This document shows, in pieces, positions 34,543-44,190 of a stretch of 47,749 nt of DNA. Location of the stretch: positions 1-47,749 of the forward strand of contig JACQNX010000054.1 of the NCBI GenBank assembly GCA_016202875.1. Reading direction: 5' to 3'. The notes below the pieces were generated by a model. That model saw only the letters and a program-made list of their open reading frames with translations. It ran no database searches and was not told the DNA's origin. The stretch comes from Candidatus Aenigmatarchaeota archaeon. Its GTDB lineage: Archaea; Aenigmatarchaeota; Aenigmatarchaeia; GW2011-AR5. Each line of letters starts with the position of its first letter. Position 1 is the first letter of the stretch. The position numbers and the translations under genes are program-made.

Positions 34543-34902
34543 GTGAGTGTCATGCACATTGAGATCAAGCGAGGAAAGGAGATGCCTGTAGTTATAATCA
34601 CTTTCCACACAAGGAGCGACAGGTTTGACTCTGAATATGACAAGAGCAAGTTTTTCCGCGAGCTGCATGGGTGGAAGCAGACTGTGCCTGGGAATGGCAA
34701 ACGATATACCTATGCCAGGAAGGGCGTGCTCTCAGAAGTGCCGCACATCAAGGTTTCAGATTCTACATTCATAGTGCCCAGCGCTGAGGCGAAGACCTTA
34801 ATTGAATACATGGAAGAGTGGGCAGACAAGGTGGAGTTTGAGATGCTGGACATGATGATGAGGCAGAGAGAGTTTATGAGGAGACTTGCCAATGAGCTAT
34901 AA
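34543..34902 (+). CDS. hypothetical protein
   Basis: 119-aa ORF with protein-like composition and no motif I recognise. GTG start; an ATG at 34552 is an alternative. Confidence 0.45.
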   Translation: MSVMHIEIKRGKEMPVVIITFHTRSDRFDSEYDKSKFFRELHGWKQTVPGNGKRYTYARKGVLSEVPHIKVSDSTFIVPSAEAKTLIEYMEEWADKVEFEMLDMMMRQREFMRRLANEL

Positions 34903-34959
34903 ATATCGGGACTGAAATAAAGATATTGGATAAACGAAAGTCAGAAAATCAAGAGAGCC

Positions 34960-37900
34960 GTGATTAGTATGCCTGAGGAAAACGAACTTAAACTGCGTAT
35001 TGGGGAACTTACCGAGAGAAATGATTTTGGAAGAGGCATTGTACGAATAGCAGCGAAGGATATGAAGCACATAGGCGTTACAGAGGGCGATGTCGTTGAG
35101 ATAGAAGGCAAGAGAAAAACAGCTGCTGTTGTTATCAGGGCCTATCCTGTTGATGTTGGTTTAGATGTGATAAGGATGGACGGCTTATGCAGGCGCAACT
35201 GCGGTGCCGGGATCGGGGAAATAGTAAAGGCACGCAAAGCGGAAGTCAAAGAGGCCAAGGCTGTTACCATTGCGCCGGCGCGTAAAGGTATAATAATACA
35301 TATGGGAAATAACCTTCTCAAGCATAACATGCTCATGAGGCCGATAGTTACAGGAGATATCATAATACCAAATCCTATAGTGCAGGACAGAAGATCCCAG
35401 ACTACATTGTTTGAGCAGTTCTTTGGGATGGATTTCGGAGACTTCCTATTCACACCTTTTGGCGAAGAAAAATTTGTCGTCGTCAGCACAGACCCCAAGG
35501 GCATTGTTCGCATAACAAGGGCTACGGATGTTGAACTGCTTCCGCAGGCAACCAGGCCTATGGAAGAAGACAAGATACCTGAGGTTACTTATGAAGATCT
35601 TGGCGGATTGCATGAGGAGATAAAGAAAGTCAGGGAAATGATAGAGCTTCCGCTCAAGCACCCGGAAGTTTTTGAGAGATTGGGCGTGGAGGCGCCGAAG
35701 GGGATACTACTCCACGGGCCGCCTGGCACGGGAAAAACTTTGCTCGCAAAAGCTGTTGCTAATGAGAGTGGGGCGAAGTTTTTTGTGATCAATGGGCCGG
35801 AGGTGATGTCAAAGTTTTATGGTGAGTCGCTCACGCCAGACGAAAGCATATTCACAATAGAAGACGGCATTGCATCAGTAGGGCCCATTAGAGATATTGT
35901 TAGATCAAAATCAGCTGAAGCTGTTGCAGAATTTGATGGAATCGGCAAAATAGAAAAAGGGCAAATTAAGAGCTATATAGAGCACCCGTTCCAGGAAGGC
36001 AAAAAAATATTCGAGATTACGACCTCAACAGGCAGGAAAATAAAGGTAACTGACTACCACTCCCTGTTCGCACTGAAAAACGGAAAAATTGCAGATATCA
36101 AGACGAGCGACATCACGCCGGAGGACACGTATCTTGCAATACCGTCAAAACTGCCTGCTCCAGAGACCTATGCGGAAATAGACATACTGAAAGAGCTGGC
36201 CGACAGCGAAGAGCCGAAGGTAAGGAGCCGGCAGATAAAAGAATTTATCAGGACAGTCGGCATACAAAGATCTGCAGAAATTCTGGGCGTTAAAGAAAAA
36301 TACGTTTATGACATTTACGGGAAGAACGTTGCCATCAGCATCAAGGACCTCATTAAACTGGCAAATGAAAGCAACAATGGCGCCATCGACTATAATGCCG
36401 CCCGCATAGTTGCAAAGCAAAACGGCGGGAGCCTGCCTGCGAAAATCACCATAGACGAGGATTTGGCCACTATTATCGGCTTGTTTCTGGCAGAAGGGTC
36501 TTACACGACAAAAGACGCAATAAGAATAACCAATGAATTGCCGGAAACCAAAGAAGCGGTCAGGCGTTTCTGCAGGAAGTATGGCATAAGACTCACGGAA
36601 TACCAGGACGACATGATTCTGAATTCGGAGCCGCTGAAAGTTGTGTTTGAACAGATACTTGGCATCATGACAGGGGCAGAAAACAAATCTATCACACCCA
36701 AGCTCATGTCCATGCCACTCAATCTTGTGAAGGCGATGCTGCGCGGCTACTACACAGGCGACGGCAGTGTTTATCCGCCAAAATTGGCTCATACAATTGA
36801 AGCAAGCACCATAAGCAAAAAACTCGCCAATGATATGATGTATACGCTGCTGTATTTTGGCATAATTGCCAAATGCGTGCCCAAAAAAGAAAAGACAGGC
36901 AGCATATCCTACAGGATACTCATCCAAAGCCCTGAAGGGTTCCAAAAGTTCTCAGAGATAGGATTTCTTGACAACAAAAGAAACCAAAGAATACAGAACT
37001 ACCTGAATTCGAAGAAGTTCGACAGGACACAGAAAATACCCATATGGCCCGAGCTCAGGAAACTGATAAAATCAAGGCAGAGGCTGCACGCGTGGTCCAA
37101 TTCCAAGACAATAGGCAGGGATATCCTTAGAGAAGAGCTGGCAAAGGCAGACCCGCAGAAAGAAAAATACACAGACGCATGGGGCATTATTGATTCTGAG
37201 CTTGCCTGGGACAAAGTCAGGGATGTAAACGAAATCAGGTACAGCGGAAATGTTTATGATGTTTCTGTAAACCCAAACGAAAATTTTGTCGCCGGCTTCG
37301 GCGGCATTTTTGCCCACAACAGCGAAGAAAACCTTCGCAAAGTCTTTGAGCAAGCAGAGAAGAACGCGCCGAGCATAGTGTTCATAGACGAGATAGACTC
37401 CATCGCGCCAAAGCGAGAGGAGGTCAAGGGAGAAGTTGAGAAGCGCGTTGTCTCGCAGATGCTCACAATAATGGACGGACTGAAATCAAGGGGAAAGGTA
37501 ATAGTTATCGGCGCCACAAACATACCGAATTCACTTGACCCTGCACTCAGGAGGCCAGGGAGGTTTGACAGGGAGATAGAGCTTGGCGTGCCCAACAAGG
37601 AGGGCAGAAAAGAGATACTGCAGATACACACAAGAGGCATGCCGCTGGACAAGAAAGTAGATATTGACAAAATAGCAGAGATAACTTATGGCTATGTAGG
37701 GGCTGATATATCTGCGCTCTGCAAAGAAGCTGCAATGCATGCGCTGCGGCGGATACTGCCAAGCATAAGCGAGATAAAAGAAGACAAACCTATACCGACA
37801 GAAGTTCTGAAAAAATTGATTGTGACAAAAGATGACTTTGATCACGCATTGAAGATTGTAGAGCCTTCTGCCATGAGAGAGGTACTGATAGAAGTGCCAA

Positions 37901-38739
37901 ACGTGAAATGGGAGGACATAGGGGGACTTAATGAAGTCAAAAGACAGCTGAAGGAAACAATAGAATGGCCTTTGAAATATCCGGATTCTTTCAAGAGACT
38001 TGGAATAAGGCCACCGACTGGAGTAATGCTATTTGGACCACCAGGGTGCGGCAAAACTTTAATCGCAAAAGCTGTTGCGCATGAGAGCAGTGCAAACTTT
38101 ATTTCAATCAAGGGCCCTGAGCTGCTTTCCATGTGGGTAGGGGAGAGTGAAAGGCATTTAAGAGATGTATTTCGCAGAGCCAAGCAGGTCGCACCAGCTA
38201 TAATATTTTTTGACGAGATAGATGCGCTGGCACCAAGAAGAGGAATGAATGCCGGTGATAATGTATCAGAGAGAGTTGTGTCGCAACTTCTGGCGGAGAT
38301 ATCCGGACTTGAGGAGTTGAATGATGTAATAGTAATATCCGCTACCAACCGGCCTGATATTGTGGACCCTGCATTGCTAAGGCCAGGAAGATTTGACAGG
38401 CAAATATTAGTACCGACGCCGGACGAAGAGGCAAGACTTGCAATTTTAAAGGTTCATACAAGGGACATGCCTCTAGATGAAGACGTTGACCTGCGAAGAC
38501 TGACTAAAGAAACAACTGGATATTCAGGCGCTGACTTGCAGGCATTAGTAAGAGAGGCTGCACTACATGCGATGAGAAAGGATGTCAATGCTGAGAAAGT
38601 GACTGCAAAAGATTTTGCACAAGCGCTGAAGGATATAAAATCTTCTGTCACGCAAGAGATGAACGAATTTTATACAAGCATAATGAAGAGAAGGAAGACA
38701 CAACTAATGGAAGACGAAGTCGCGACTTATACTGGATAA
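34960..38739 (+). CDS. cdc48: CDC48/VCP-type AAA+ ATPase (N-D1-D2) interrupted by an intein in D1
   Basis: N-domain '[25 protein letters not shown]'. D1 Walker A 'GPPGTGKT' and Walker B 'VFIDEID'. D2 'GPPGCGKT' and 'FFDEID'. The exteins rejoin as 'KFYGE|SEENLRKVF'. An ATG at 34969 is an alternative start. Confidence 0.9.
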   Translation: MISMPEENELKLRIGELTERNDFGRGIVRIAAKDMKHIGVTEGDVVEIEGKRKTAAVVIRAYPVDVGLDVIRMDGLCRRNCGAGIGEIVKARKAEVKEAKAVTIAPARKGIIIHMGNNLLKHNMLMRPIVTGDIIIPNPIVQDRRSQTTLFEQFFGMDFGDFLFTPFGEEKFVVVSTDPKGIVRITRATDVELLPQATRPMEEDKIPEVTYEDLGGLHEEIKKVREMIELPLKHPEVFERLGVEAPKGILLHGPPGTGKTLLAKAVANESGAKFFVINGPEVMSKFYGESLTPDESIFTIEDGIASVGPIRDIVRSKSAEAVAEFDGIGKIEKGQIKSYIEHPFQEGKKIFEITTSTGRKIKVTDYHSLFALKNGKIADIKTSDITPEDTYLAIPSKLPAPETYAEIDILKELADSEEPKVRSRQIKEFIRTVGIQRSAEILGVKEKYVYDIYGKNVAISIKDLIKLANESNNGAIDYNAARIVAKQNGGSLPAKITIDEDLATIIGLFLAEGSYTTKDAIRITNELPETKEAVRRFCRKYGIRLTEYQDDMILNSEPLKVVFEQILGIMTGAENKSITPKLMSMPLNLVKAMLRGYYTGDGSVYPPKLAHTIEASTISKKLANDMMYTLLYFGIIAKCVPKKEKTGSISYRILIQSPEGFQKFSEIGFLDNKRNQRIQNYLNSKKFDRTQKIPIWPELRKLIKSRQRLHAWSNSKTIGRDILREELAKADPQKEKYTDAWGIIDSELAWDKVRDVNEIRYSGNVYDVSVNPNENFVAGFGGIFAHNSEENLRKVFEQAEKNAPSIVFIDEIDSIAPKREEVKGEVEKRVVSQMLTIMDGLKSRGKVIVIGATNIPNSLDPALRRPGRFDREIELGVPNKEGRKEILQIHTRGMPLDKKVDIDKIAEITYGYVGADISALCKEAAMHALRRILPSISEIKEDKPIPTEVLKKLIVTKDDFDHALKIVEPSAMREVLIEVPNVKWEDIGGLNEVKRQLKETIEWPLKYPDSFKRLGIRPPTGVMLFGPPGCGKTLIAKAVAHESSANFISIKGPELLSMWVGESERHLRDVFRRAKQVAPAIIFFDEIDALAPRRGMNAGDNVSERVVSQLLAEISGLEELNDVIVISATNRPDIVDPALLRPGRFDRQILVPTPDEEARLAILKVHTRDMPLDEDVDLRRLTKETTGYSGADLQALVREAALHAMRKDVNAEKVTAKDFAQALKDIKSSVTQEMNEFYTSIMKRRKTQLMEDEVATYTG
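35827..37320 (+). mobile_element. intein (498 aa) with LAGLIDADG homing-endonuclease domain
   Basis: Block A '[14 protein letters not shown]' (Ser1). Block B 'KVTDYHSLF'. LAGLIDADG motifs '[11 protein letters not shown]' and '[12 protein letters not shown]'. Blocks F/G '[14 protein letters not shown]...GGIFAHN' followed by Ser+1. Confidence 0.85.
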
Positions 38740-38776
38740 TTTTCATGTCTGACACAAAGACAAAGGAGATGATTAT

Positions 38777-39289
38777 GTGATTTGCTTGCTTGCACACGAA
38801 CAACAGGTATCAAAAGCACTAGAAGAGGCAAATTCCTTCCATGAGATTTTTGCCTTAGTTCAGACAGCTGTAGAAAAGACACTGAGAGAATCGCGTGCTG
38901 GCCTGAATCTTGGCATAATGGAGCTTGGCAATGAGAAAAATAAATTCCTAGGCGCTTTCTATCCTGCCGAATCAAATATAATTGTCCTGAACAACACCCC
39001 ACTCAGACGAATAGCAGAGACAAATCCAGAACTGTTCAAGCCCTATTTGTTTCATGTCATCCTTCATGAATATTTGCACAGCCTTGGATATCTGGATGAA
39101 AATACAGTAAGAAGCATTTCTTACAGCGTATGCAGCCAAATGCTTGGAGAGAATCACCCTGCAACGCAGATGACTATTGATATCGAAAGATTTTTCCCCA
39201 GCTTAGTCTATCCCTATGGGCTTCCTGCAAATACACAACACATGCTGTTGATAGAAGACTTAGACAGAGGAATGGACTATATTGATTAA
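38777..39289 (+). CDS. small HExxH metalloprotease-like protein (SprT/Wss1-like architecture)
   Basis: 'LGAFYPAESNIIVLNNTPL...(about 20 aa)...HVILHEYLHSLG' parallels the E. coli SprT 'AGTAWLESYEIRLNPVLL...VVPHELAHLL' as I recall it. GTG start with a GGAG 8 nt upstream. Confidence 0.5.
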   Translation: MICLLAHEQQVSKALEEANSFHEIFALVQTAVEKTLRESRAGLNLGIMELGNEKNKFLGAFYPAESNIIVLNNTPLRRIAETNPELFKPYLFHVILHEYLHSLGYLDENTVRSISYSVCSQMLGENHPATQMTIDIERFFPSLVYPYGLPANTQHMLLIEDLDRGMDYID

Positions 39290-39307
39290 TTTAATGGAAA
39301 TTCAGAG

Positions 39308-39490
39308 ATGACAATAATGACAGCAGAAACGAAAGAGAACATTGATGGCAGCTTCATGAAATGCATGGTCTGTGAAATGCCGACGGTCATGGCATTCAGG
39401 AAAAAAGACATAGAGGCTGCTTTTTGTACTAAGCACATACCAGAACAAAGGCAAATGATAACAATAGCACTATGCATCAATATCAGATGA
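39308..39490 (+). CDS. small Cys/His protein (possible Zn-binding)
   Basis: 'MKCMVC...FCTKH' has the same C..C...C-x2-H pattern as the ORF at 34296. Short. Confidence 0.25.
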   Translation: MTIMTAETKENIDGSFMKCMVCEMPTVMAFRKKDIEAAFCTKHIPEQRQMITIALCINIR

Positions 39491-39560
39491 CGCATTACGA
39501 AGAATTTACACTAACATGACGGCAATTTTCTACTTCGTGTATAAAAATGTTTAATCTAAT

Positions 39561-40880
39561 ATGCATATCATGAAGGACAATGTGCTTGTTTTGGGATCAG
39601 GCGGCAGAGAACATGCAATTTCATGGAAGCTTTCCCAATCCGAGCACGTAGGACATGTCTATGTTGCACCCGGAAATGGCGGAACGGAAAAAACTTCTAA
39701 ATGCTCCAATGTAAAATTAGCATCTTACAAGGACATGCTGCAGTTTGCAAAAGAAAATGGAATAAGGATGACTTTTGTCGGACCTGAACAGCCGCTTGTG
39801 GATGGCATTGCAGATAGTTTCAGGCGAGACGATATTCGCGTTTTCGGACCTGGCAGACAAGGGGCAAGACTCGAGGGCAGCAAAGCTTATGCCAAAGAGT
39901 TTATGGGTTGCTGGAATGTTCCGACAGCCACGTTTGAAAGTCATCATTATGCAGGCGATGCTGAAGCCTTCATTGACGTGATAGCTGATGATGAAAGGGG
40001 ATACACACCGCAGTACGTAAAAGCATCAGGCCTTGCAGCAGGCAAGGGCGCAATAAGCGGGAGAACGCCCGAAGATGCAAAAAGAGCCATCAGGAAGATC
40101 ATGCGCGATTACGAGTTCGGTCCGGCAGGTGACTGCGTTGTGATAGAAGACCTGCTTGAAGGGGAAGAGGCAAGCTTAACTGCCCTTGTTAATTCTCACA
40201 AAGGAATAATAGACACATTTCCTGCTTCACAAGACCACAAGAAAATAGGAGAAGGAGAAACAGGAGATAATACAGGTGGCATGGGTGCATATGCACCTAC
40301 AACCTTGATTAGCCCCGAGCTCAGTTCCATTATATACAAAAGAATCCTTGAGCCCACTATCTCCGGATTGAGGGAGGATGGGATCTCTTACATCGGGTCG
40401 CTATATCCAGGCATTATTGTTAAACATGATAATGGATACCCTTATGTTCTTGAATTCAATGTGAGGATGGGCGATCCGGAGACCCAGGCATTGCTGCCGC
40501 TACTGGAAACTGATTTCTACGAAGCAGTTTGCAATGTACATGATGGACAACATGCAAATATGACTTTCGGAGATGGCTATGCTGTCTGTGTTGTACTCGC
40601 ATCAAAAGGATATCCCGGACGCTATGAAAAAGGAAAGCCGATAGAAGGGCTTGATGAATTGAATGAAGACGAAGGCGTAATGGCCTTTCATGCCGGGACA
40701 CGATACGAAGACGGAAAATTTTATACAAGCGGCGGGAGGGTTCTTGGCGTTACTGCTAGGGGAAATACTATTTCTCGGGCAAGAGACAGAGCCTACGAGG
40801 CAGTAGATAGAATACGTTTCGAGAATAAATATTTCAGAAAGGATATCGGCATGCGCGAAACCGTAAGACCAAGGGGCTGA
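39561..40880 (+). CDS. purD: phosphoribosylamine--glycine ligase
   Basis: 'VLVLGSGGREHAISWKL', the ATP-grasp 'GLAAGKG' and 'GPETQ'. Confidence 0.9.
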   Translation: MHIMKDNVLVLGSGGREHAISWKLSQSEHVGHVYVAPGNGGTEKTSKCSNVKLASYKDMLQFAKENGIRMTFVGPEQPLVDGIADSFRRDDIRVFGPGRQGARLEGSKAYAKEFMGCWNVPTATFESHHYAGDAEAFIDVIADDERGYTPQYVKASGLAAGKGAISGRTPEDAKRAIRKIMRDYEFGPAGDCVVIEDLLEGEEASLTALVNSHKGIIDTFPASQDHKKIGEGETGDNTGGMGAYAPTTLISPELSSIIYKRILEPTISGLREDGISYIGSLYPGIIVKHDNGYPYVLEFNVRMGDPETQALLPLLETDFYEAVCNVHDGQHANMTFGDGYAVCVVLASKGYPGRYEKGKPIEGLDELNEDEGVMAFHAGTRYEDGKFYTSGGRVLGVTARGNTISRARDRAYEAVDRIRFENKYFRKDIGMRETVRPRG

Positions 40881-40883
40881 GAT

Positions 40884-41750
40884 ATGGCAACAGGAGACAT
40901 AGTTGACGAGCATTTGATAGAAAATCTTTTTGAGCTGCGCTCGGGACACATGAATGCAGTTGTCTTTGCTTCTGGCAGCGGGACAAACTTCAGGGAAGCT
41001 GTTTTGGAATCCAGAAAACCAGGATCGAATTATTCTATTGACCTTTTGATTACAGACAAAGAACATGATAAAGGGGAAGACCAGCCTATCGGCGCAATAC
41101 AATACGGACGGAGATTCGAAATCCCTATAATTACTGTTGACGGCTTTCAGTACTGCGGCAGCTGGCAAGAGGCGAAAAAGACAATAACAGGGCGAGAGGA
41201 ATATGAAAGGCGCGCAGACATACTTAATCAGAAGTTTTATAACATGTTAACTGAGTACGAGAGAGAGCATGATGTTGTATTCGATTTAGCAATATTGGCT
41301 GGCTATATGAGATTTTTCAAAGGTGCGTTGCTAAAACGATTTTACAGACGCGGAGTAAACGTCCATCCAGCAAAATTGTATGAGTTTAACGCAGTCGGAA
41401 AAAGAAAATACAGGGGAGAGAAAGCTGTAATCGACGCATTAGATGCAGGGGAGAAAAAAACACGCTCCTCTATTATTCTTATCGATGAAGGCAATGATGA
41501 GGGACCAATACTCGTTTCCGGGCCGTGGATTGAATATACTGGAAACAGACCTGTCACAACTGGGGACGCTGAGCAGCAGCAAGGCGAACAGAAAAAAGCA
41601 AGCGACTGGCCTGCACTGCGATTTGCGCTACGAGAAATAGCAAACGGCAACTTCGGGCTGCACAAAAGAAAATTCCATCATGACGGGAATCCTGTTGTTG
41701 TGTACAAAGGAATAGAAATGCCTTACCAGGGGTATGATATGGATGGATAA
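40884..41750 (+). CDS. purN: phosphoribosylglycinamide formyltransferase (long form)
   Basis: 'VVFASGSGTNFREAV', 'GVNVHPA' (catalytic N and H) and 'IDEGNDEGPIL' (catalytic D). About 75 aa longer than E. coli PurN. Confidence 0.75.
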   Translation: MATGDIVDEHLIENLFELRSGHMNAVVFASGSGTNFREAVLESRKPGSNYSIDLLITDKEHDKGEDQPIGAIQYGRRFEIPIITVDGFQYCGSWQEAKKTITGREEYERRADILNQKFYNMLTEYEREHDVVFDLAILAGYMRFFKGALLKRFYRRGVNVHPAKLYEFNAVGKRKYRGEKAVIDALDAGEKKTRSSIILIDEGNDEGPILVSGPWIEYTGNRPVTTGDAEQQQGEQKKASDWPALRFALREIANGNFGLHKRKFHHDGNPVVVYKGIEMPYQGYDMDG

Positions 41751-44190
41751 CACCCAGAAGCAAGTAGAGTACGATGAGTTTGGAATCCCTACAGCAGAGG
41801 CGCTACTTTCCATGAGACATGCGCCATTTACAGTACATGATGAGAGATTCAAAAACACAATTCGCAGAAGGCTTACTGAAACAGAGAAATCAGCTGCAGA
41901 CACAATGGCATCAGAGCATGCGAGCTACGGCTCTTCGAGATTTTACCTCAAGACAATTTTGCCTGCCTCGGGACCGAATCATTTCGCAGCTATTGGCAGT
42001 GAGGCAGCAAGCGCGGCATTCTATGTTAATAAAGTAACAATAACACTAAACTACTCTTCTGAATCCCATAACTGGCCTTCTTTTATATGTGCACCTGCTG
42101 GGGCTGCAACTGGTACTGGAGGCAATCAGAGAGACAATATAGTTGAAACTGCCAGCAAAGTGGATGCGGTATTCGAGGCAAGAAGACAGGGTCATCCCGA
42201 CTTCAATACAAAAAGCGATCCCATAAGTCAGCACACAGACGAAACAACCAGAGGCATAGCTGACTATGCAAATGCGATGGGAATACCACACGGAGACGGC
42301 TCAACAAAATATCATCCAGGATTCGCAGGGAACAACTTGGTTAATGTCATGGCTTTCAGCGTTGCAAAAAGAGAGCGCCTGATGAGAAACAAAGTACCTG
42401 CACTGGGCAAACCAGAAGACTATGTAGCTATATATGTTGGAAAGGCATCGGACAATACAGGACTTGGAGGGGTGATAGGAGCATCGCAGGCCATTGACAT
42501 GACGATGACAGACCTTAACGAGAAAGCAGTCCAGGACCCGGACCCGCATCTACAGGAAGCAGAGACCAGGGCAATAGAAATGCTTTTTGATATTGCAATA
42601 CAAGAAGGTTGGAAGGATAGGATATCGATAAAGGACATGGGAGGCGCTGGACTGCTGTGCAGCACAGTAGAGCAATTACATGGGTACAGAGGCATAACGA
42701 TCAATGGCGACTTAGTGCCGCAAAACAGAGATTGGGATTCCAACACATTACTTAATGCCGAAACTCAGGAAAGGTTCATGATAATAGTTCATAGAGACTA
42801 TGCGCAGAAAGTCCTTGAAGTTTTCAATGAAAAAATAGGATTGCCTTTCATAAATAAGGGCGCACGTGCCCAGATTGTTGGACGTTGCAATGATACAGGC
42901 CGCTACATATTTGTCAGAAACGGCGTGATAGATGTTGATTTGCCGCATGAAGACCTTGCCGCCGGACCACTGCAATACAGGCATATAAAAGAACCAAAAA
43001 TGCAAAGACAGGACATCCCTAAGCATATTCCGTTAGAGGATGCAATTCAAAATATTTTCGGTTCTATAAACTTCAAGAATGATGCATATATCCATGATCA
43101 CTATGACAAGCATGTCAGATCCACAAATATAGTCAATAGAGGAGAGGGCTGCGCGACGTTGAGAACGCATCCACTCTTTGAGGGAAAGGCGGCTTACAGC
43201 GCTTCTTTTGACTCAAACCCTGTTATAGGAATGCTTGATCCGAAATTGCAGGCAGAAGATTCCTTTGTCCGCGGAGCTTACAGGATGGCGGCTGTCGGAT
43301 GCTCTGTCATCGGCGTAACCAATAATGCGAATTACGGAAGAACAACAGTGCCGGAAGAGATGTGGGAATTTGTTGAAGGACAGAGAGGAATTGCAAAGGC
43401 ATGTTACAACTGGGAACTGGAGCAAGAATACTTAGATATGATAATGCAGGACAAAGAGATTGCGAGAAAACTCCAAGAAGATCCTAGGAAACACGTAACC
43501 GTAAATAGCGGCAACTGCAGCCTCAATAAAGCCAATGCGAATACAGGAACTGCGATACCCCCGACTACGATACTAGGACTTGTAGGGTGGACAAATACAC
43601 CACACAATTATGCCACTTGGGATTTGAAGAATGTAAACAGCCGCCTTTTTTTAATAGGCAGCAGACAGGCTGCTTTAGGGGCAACAGATTATTTGCAGAC
43701 ATCTTTCGGACCTGAATGTATTGGAAATGACCTGTTTACTATAAATTATGAGAAATGCACAAGGGAGGTTGATGCAATTATCCATGCTGTAAGGACCGGA
43801 TACATATCAGCAGCCAATGCCATCGAAGAAGGCGGGCTATGCAATGCAGTAGGCGAGATGGTTGCAAATACTAGTAAGCCTTTTAATGTCACTGTTTATC
43901 TTGACGCACAGATGGGCCCGGATACCCTAAATGAACATCATAAAATGTTTTCAGAGAGCCCTGGTGTTGTTTTGCAGGTCGCTGATCATAATACATATAA
44001 TTTTACCCAACTATGCGCTAAGAATGGTGTGAGTGTATACGAAATCGGAGATGTAGTGCCATCTCGGACAGGAGACGGCGTTTTGCAATACGTGTCCAGC
44101 GACAAGAATTTACAATACTCCCAAAGCCTGATAAAAGAGCTTTATGACAGCAAACTGATAAACAAGCTGCATGGCGGTGACATTGCATGA
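41734..44190 (+). CDS. purL: phosphoribosylformylglycinamidine synthase subunit PurL
   Basis: 'SEHASYGSSRFYLK' (compare the 'SEHCSYKSS' motif), paired PurM-like N and C domains, 818 aa. Overlaps purN by 17 nt. Confidence 0.85.
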   Translation: MIWMDNTQKQVEYDEFGIPTAEALLSMRHAPFTVHDERFKNTIRRRLTETEKSAADTMASEHASYGSSRFYLKTILPASGPNHFAAIGSEAASAAFYVNKVTITLNYSSESHNWPSFICAPAGAATGTGGNQRDNIVETASKVDAVFEARRQGHPDFNTKSDPISQHTDETTRGIADYANAMGIPHGDGSTKYHPGFAGNNLVNVMAFSVAKRERLMRNKVPALGKPEDYVAIYVGKASDNTGLGGVIGASQAIDMTMTDLNEKAVQDPDPHLQEAETRAIEMLFDIAIQEGWKDRISIKDMGGAGLLCSTVEQLHGYRGITINGDLVPQNRDWDSNTLLNAETQERFMIIVHRDYAQKVLEVFNEKIGLPFINKGARAQIVGRCNDTGRYIFVRNGVIDVDLPHEDLAAGPLQYRHIKEPKMQRQDIPKHIPLEDAIQNIFGSINFKNDAYIHDHYDKHVRSTNIVNRGEGCATLRTHPLFEGKAAYSASFDSNPVIGMLDPKLQAEDSFVRGAYRMAAVGCSVIGVTNNANYGRTTVPEEMWEFVEGQRGIAKACYNWELEQEYLDMIMQDKEIARKLQEDPRKHVTVNSGNCSLNKANANTGTAIPPTTILGLVGWTNTPHNYATWDLKNVNSRLFLIGSRQAALGATDYLQTSFGPECIGNDLFTINYEKCTREVDAIIHAVRTGYISAANAIEEGGLCNAVGEMVANTSKPFNVTVYLDAQMGPDTLNEHHKMFSESPGVVLQVADHNTYNFTQLCAKNGVSVYEIGDVVPSRTGDGVLQYVSSDKNLQYSQSLIKELYDSKLINKLHGGDIA

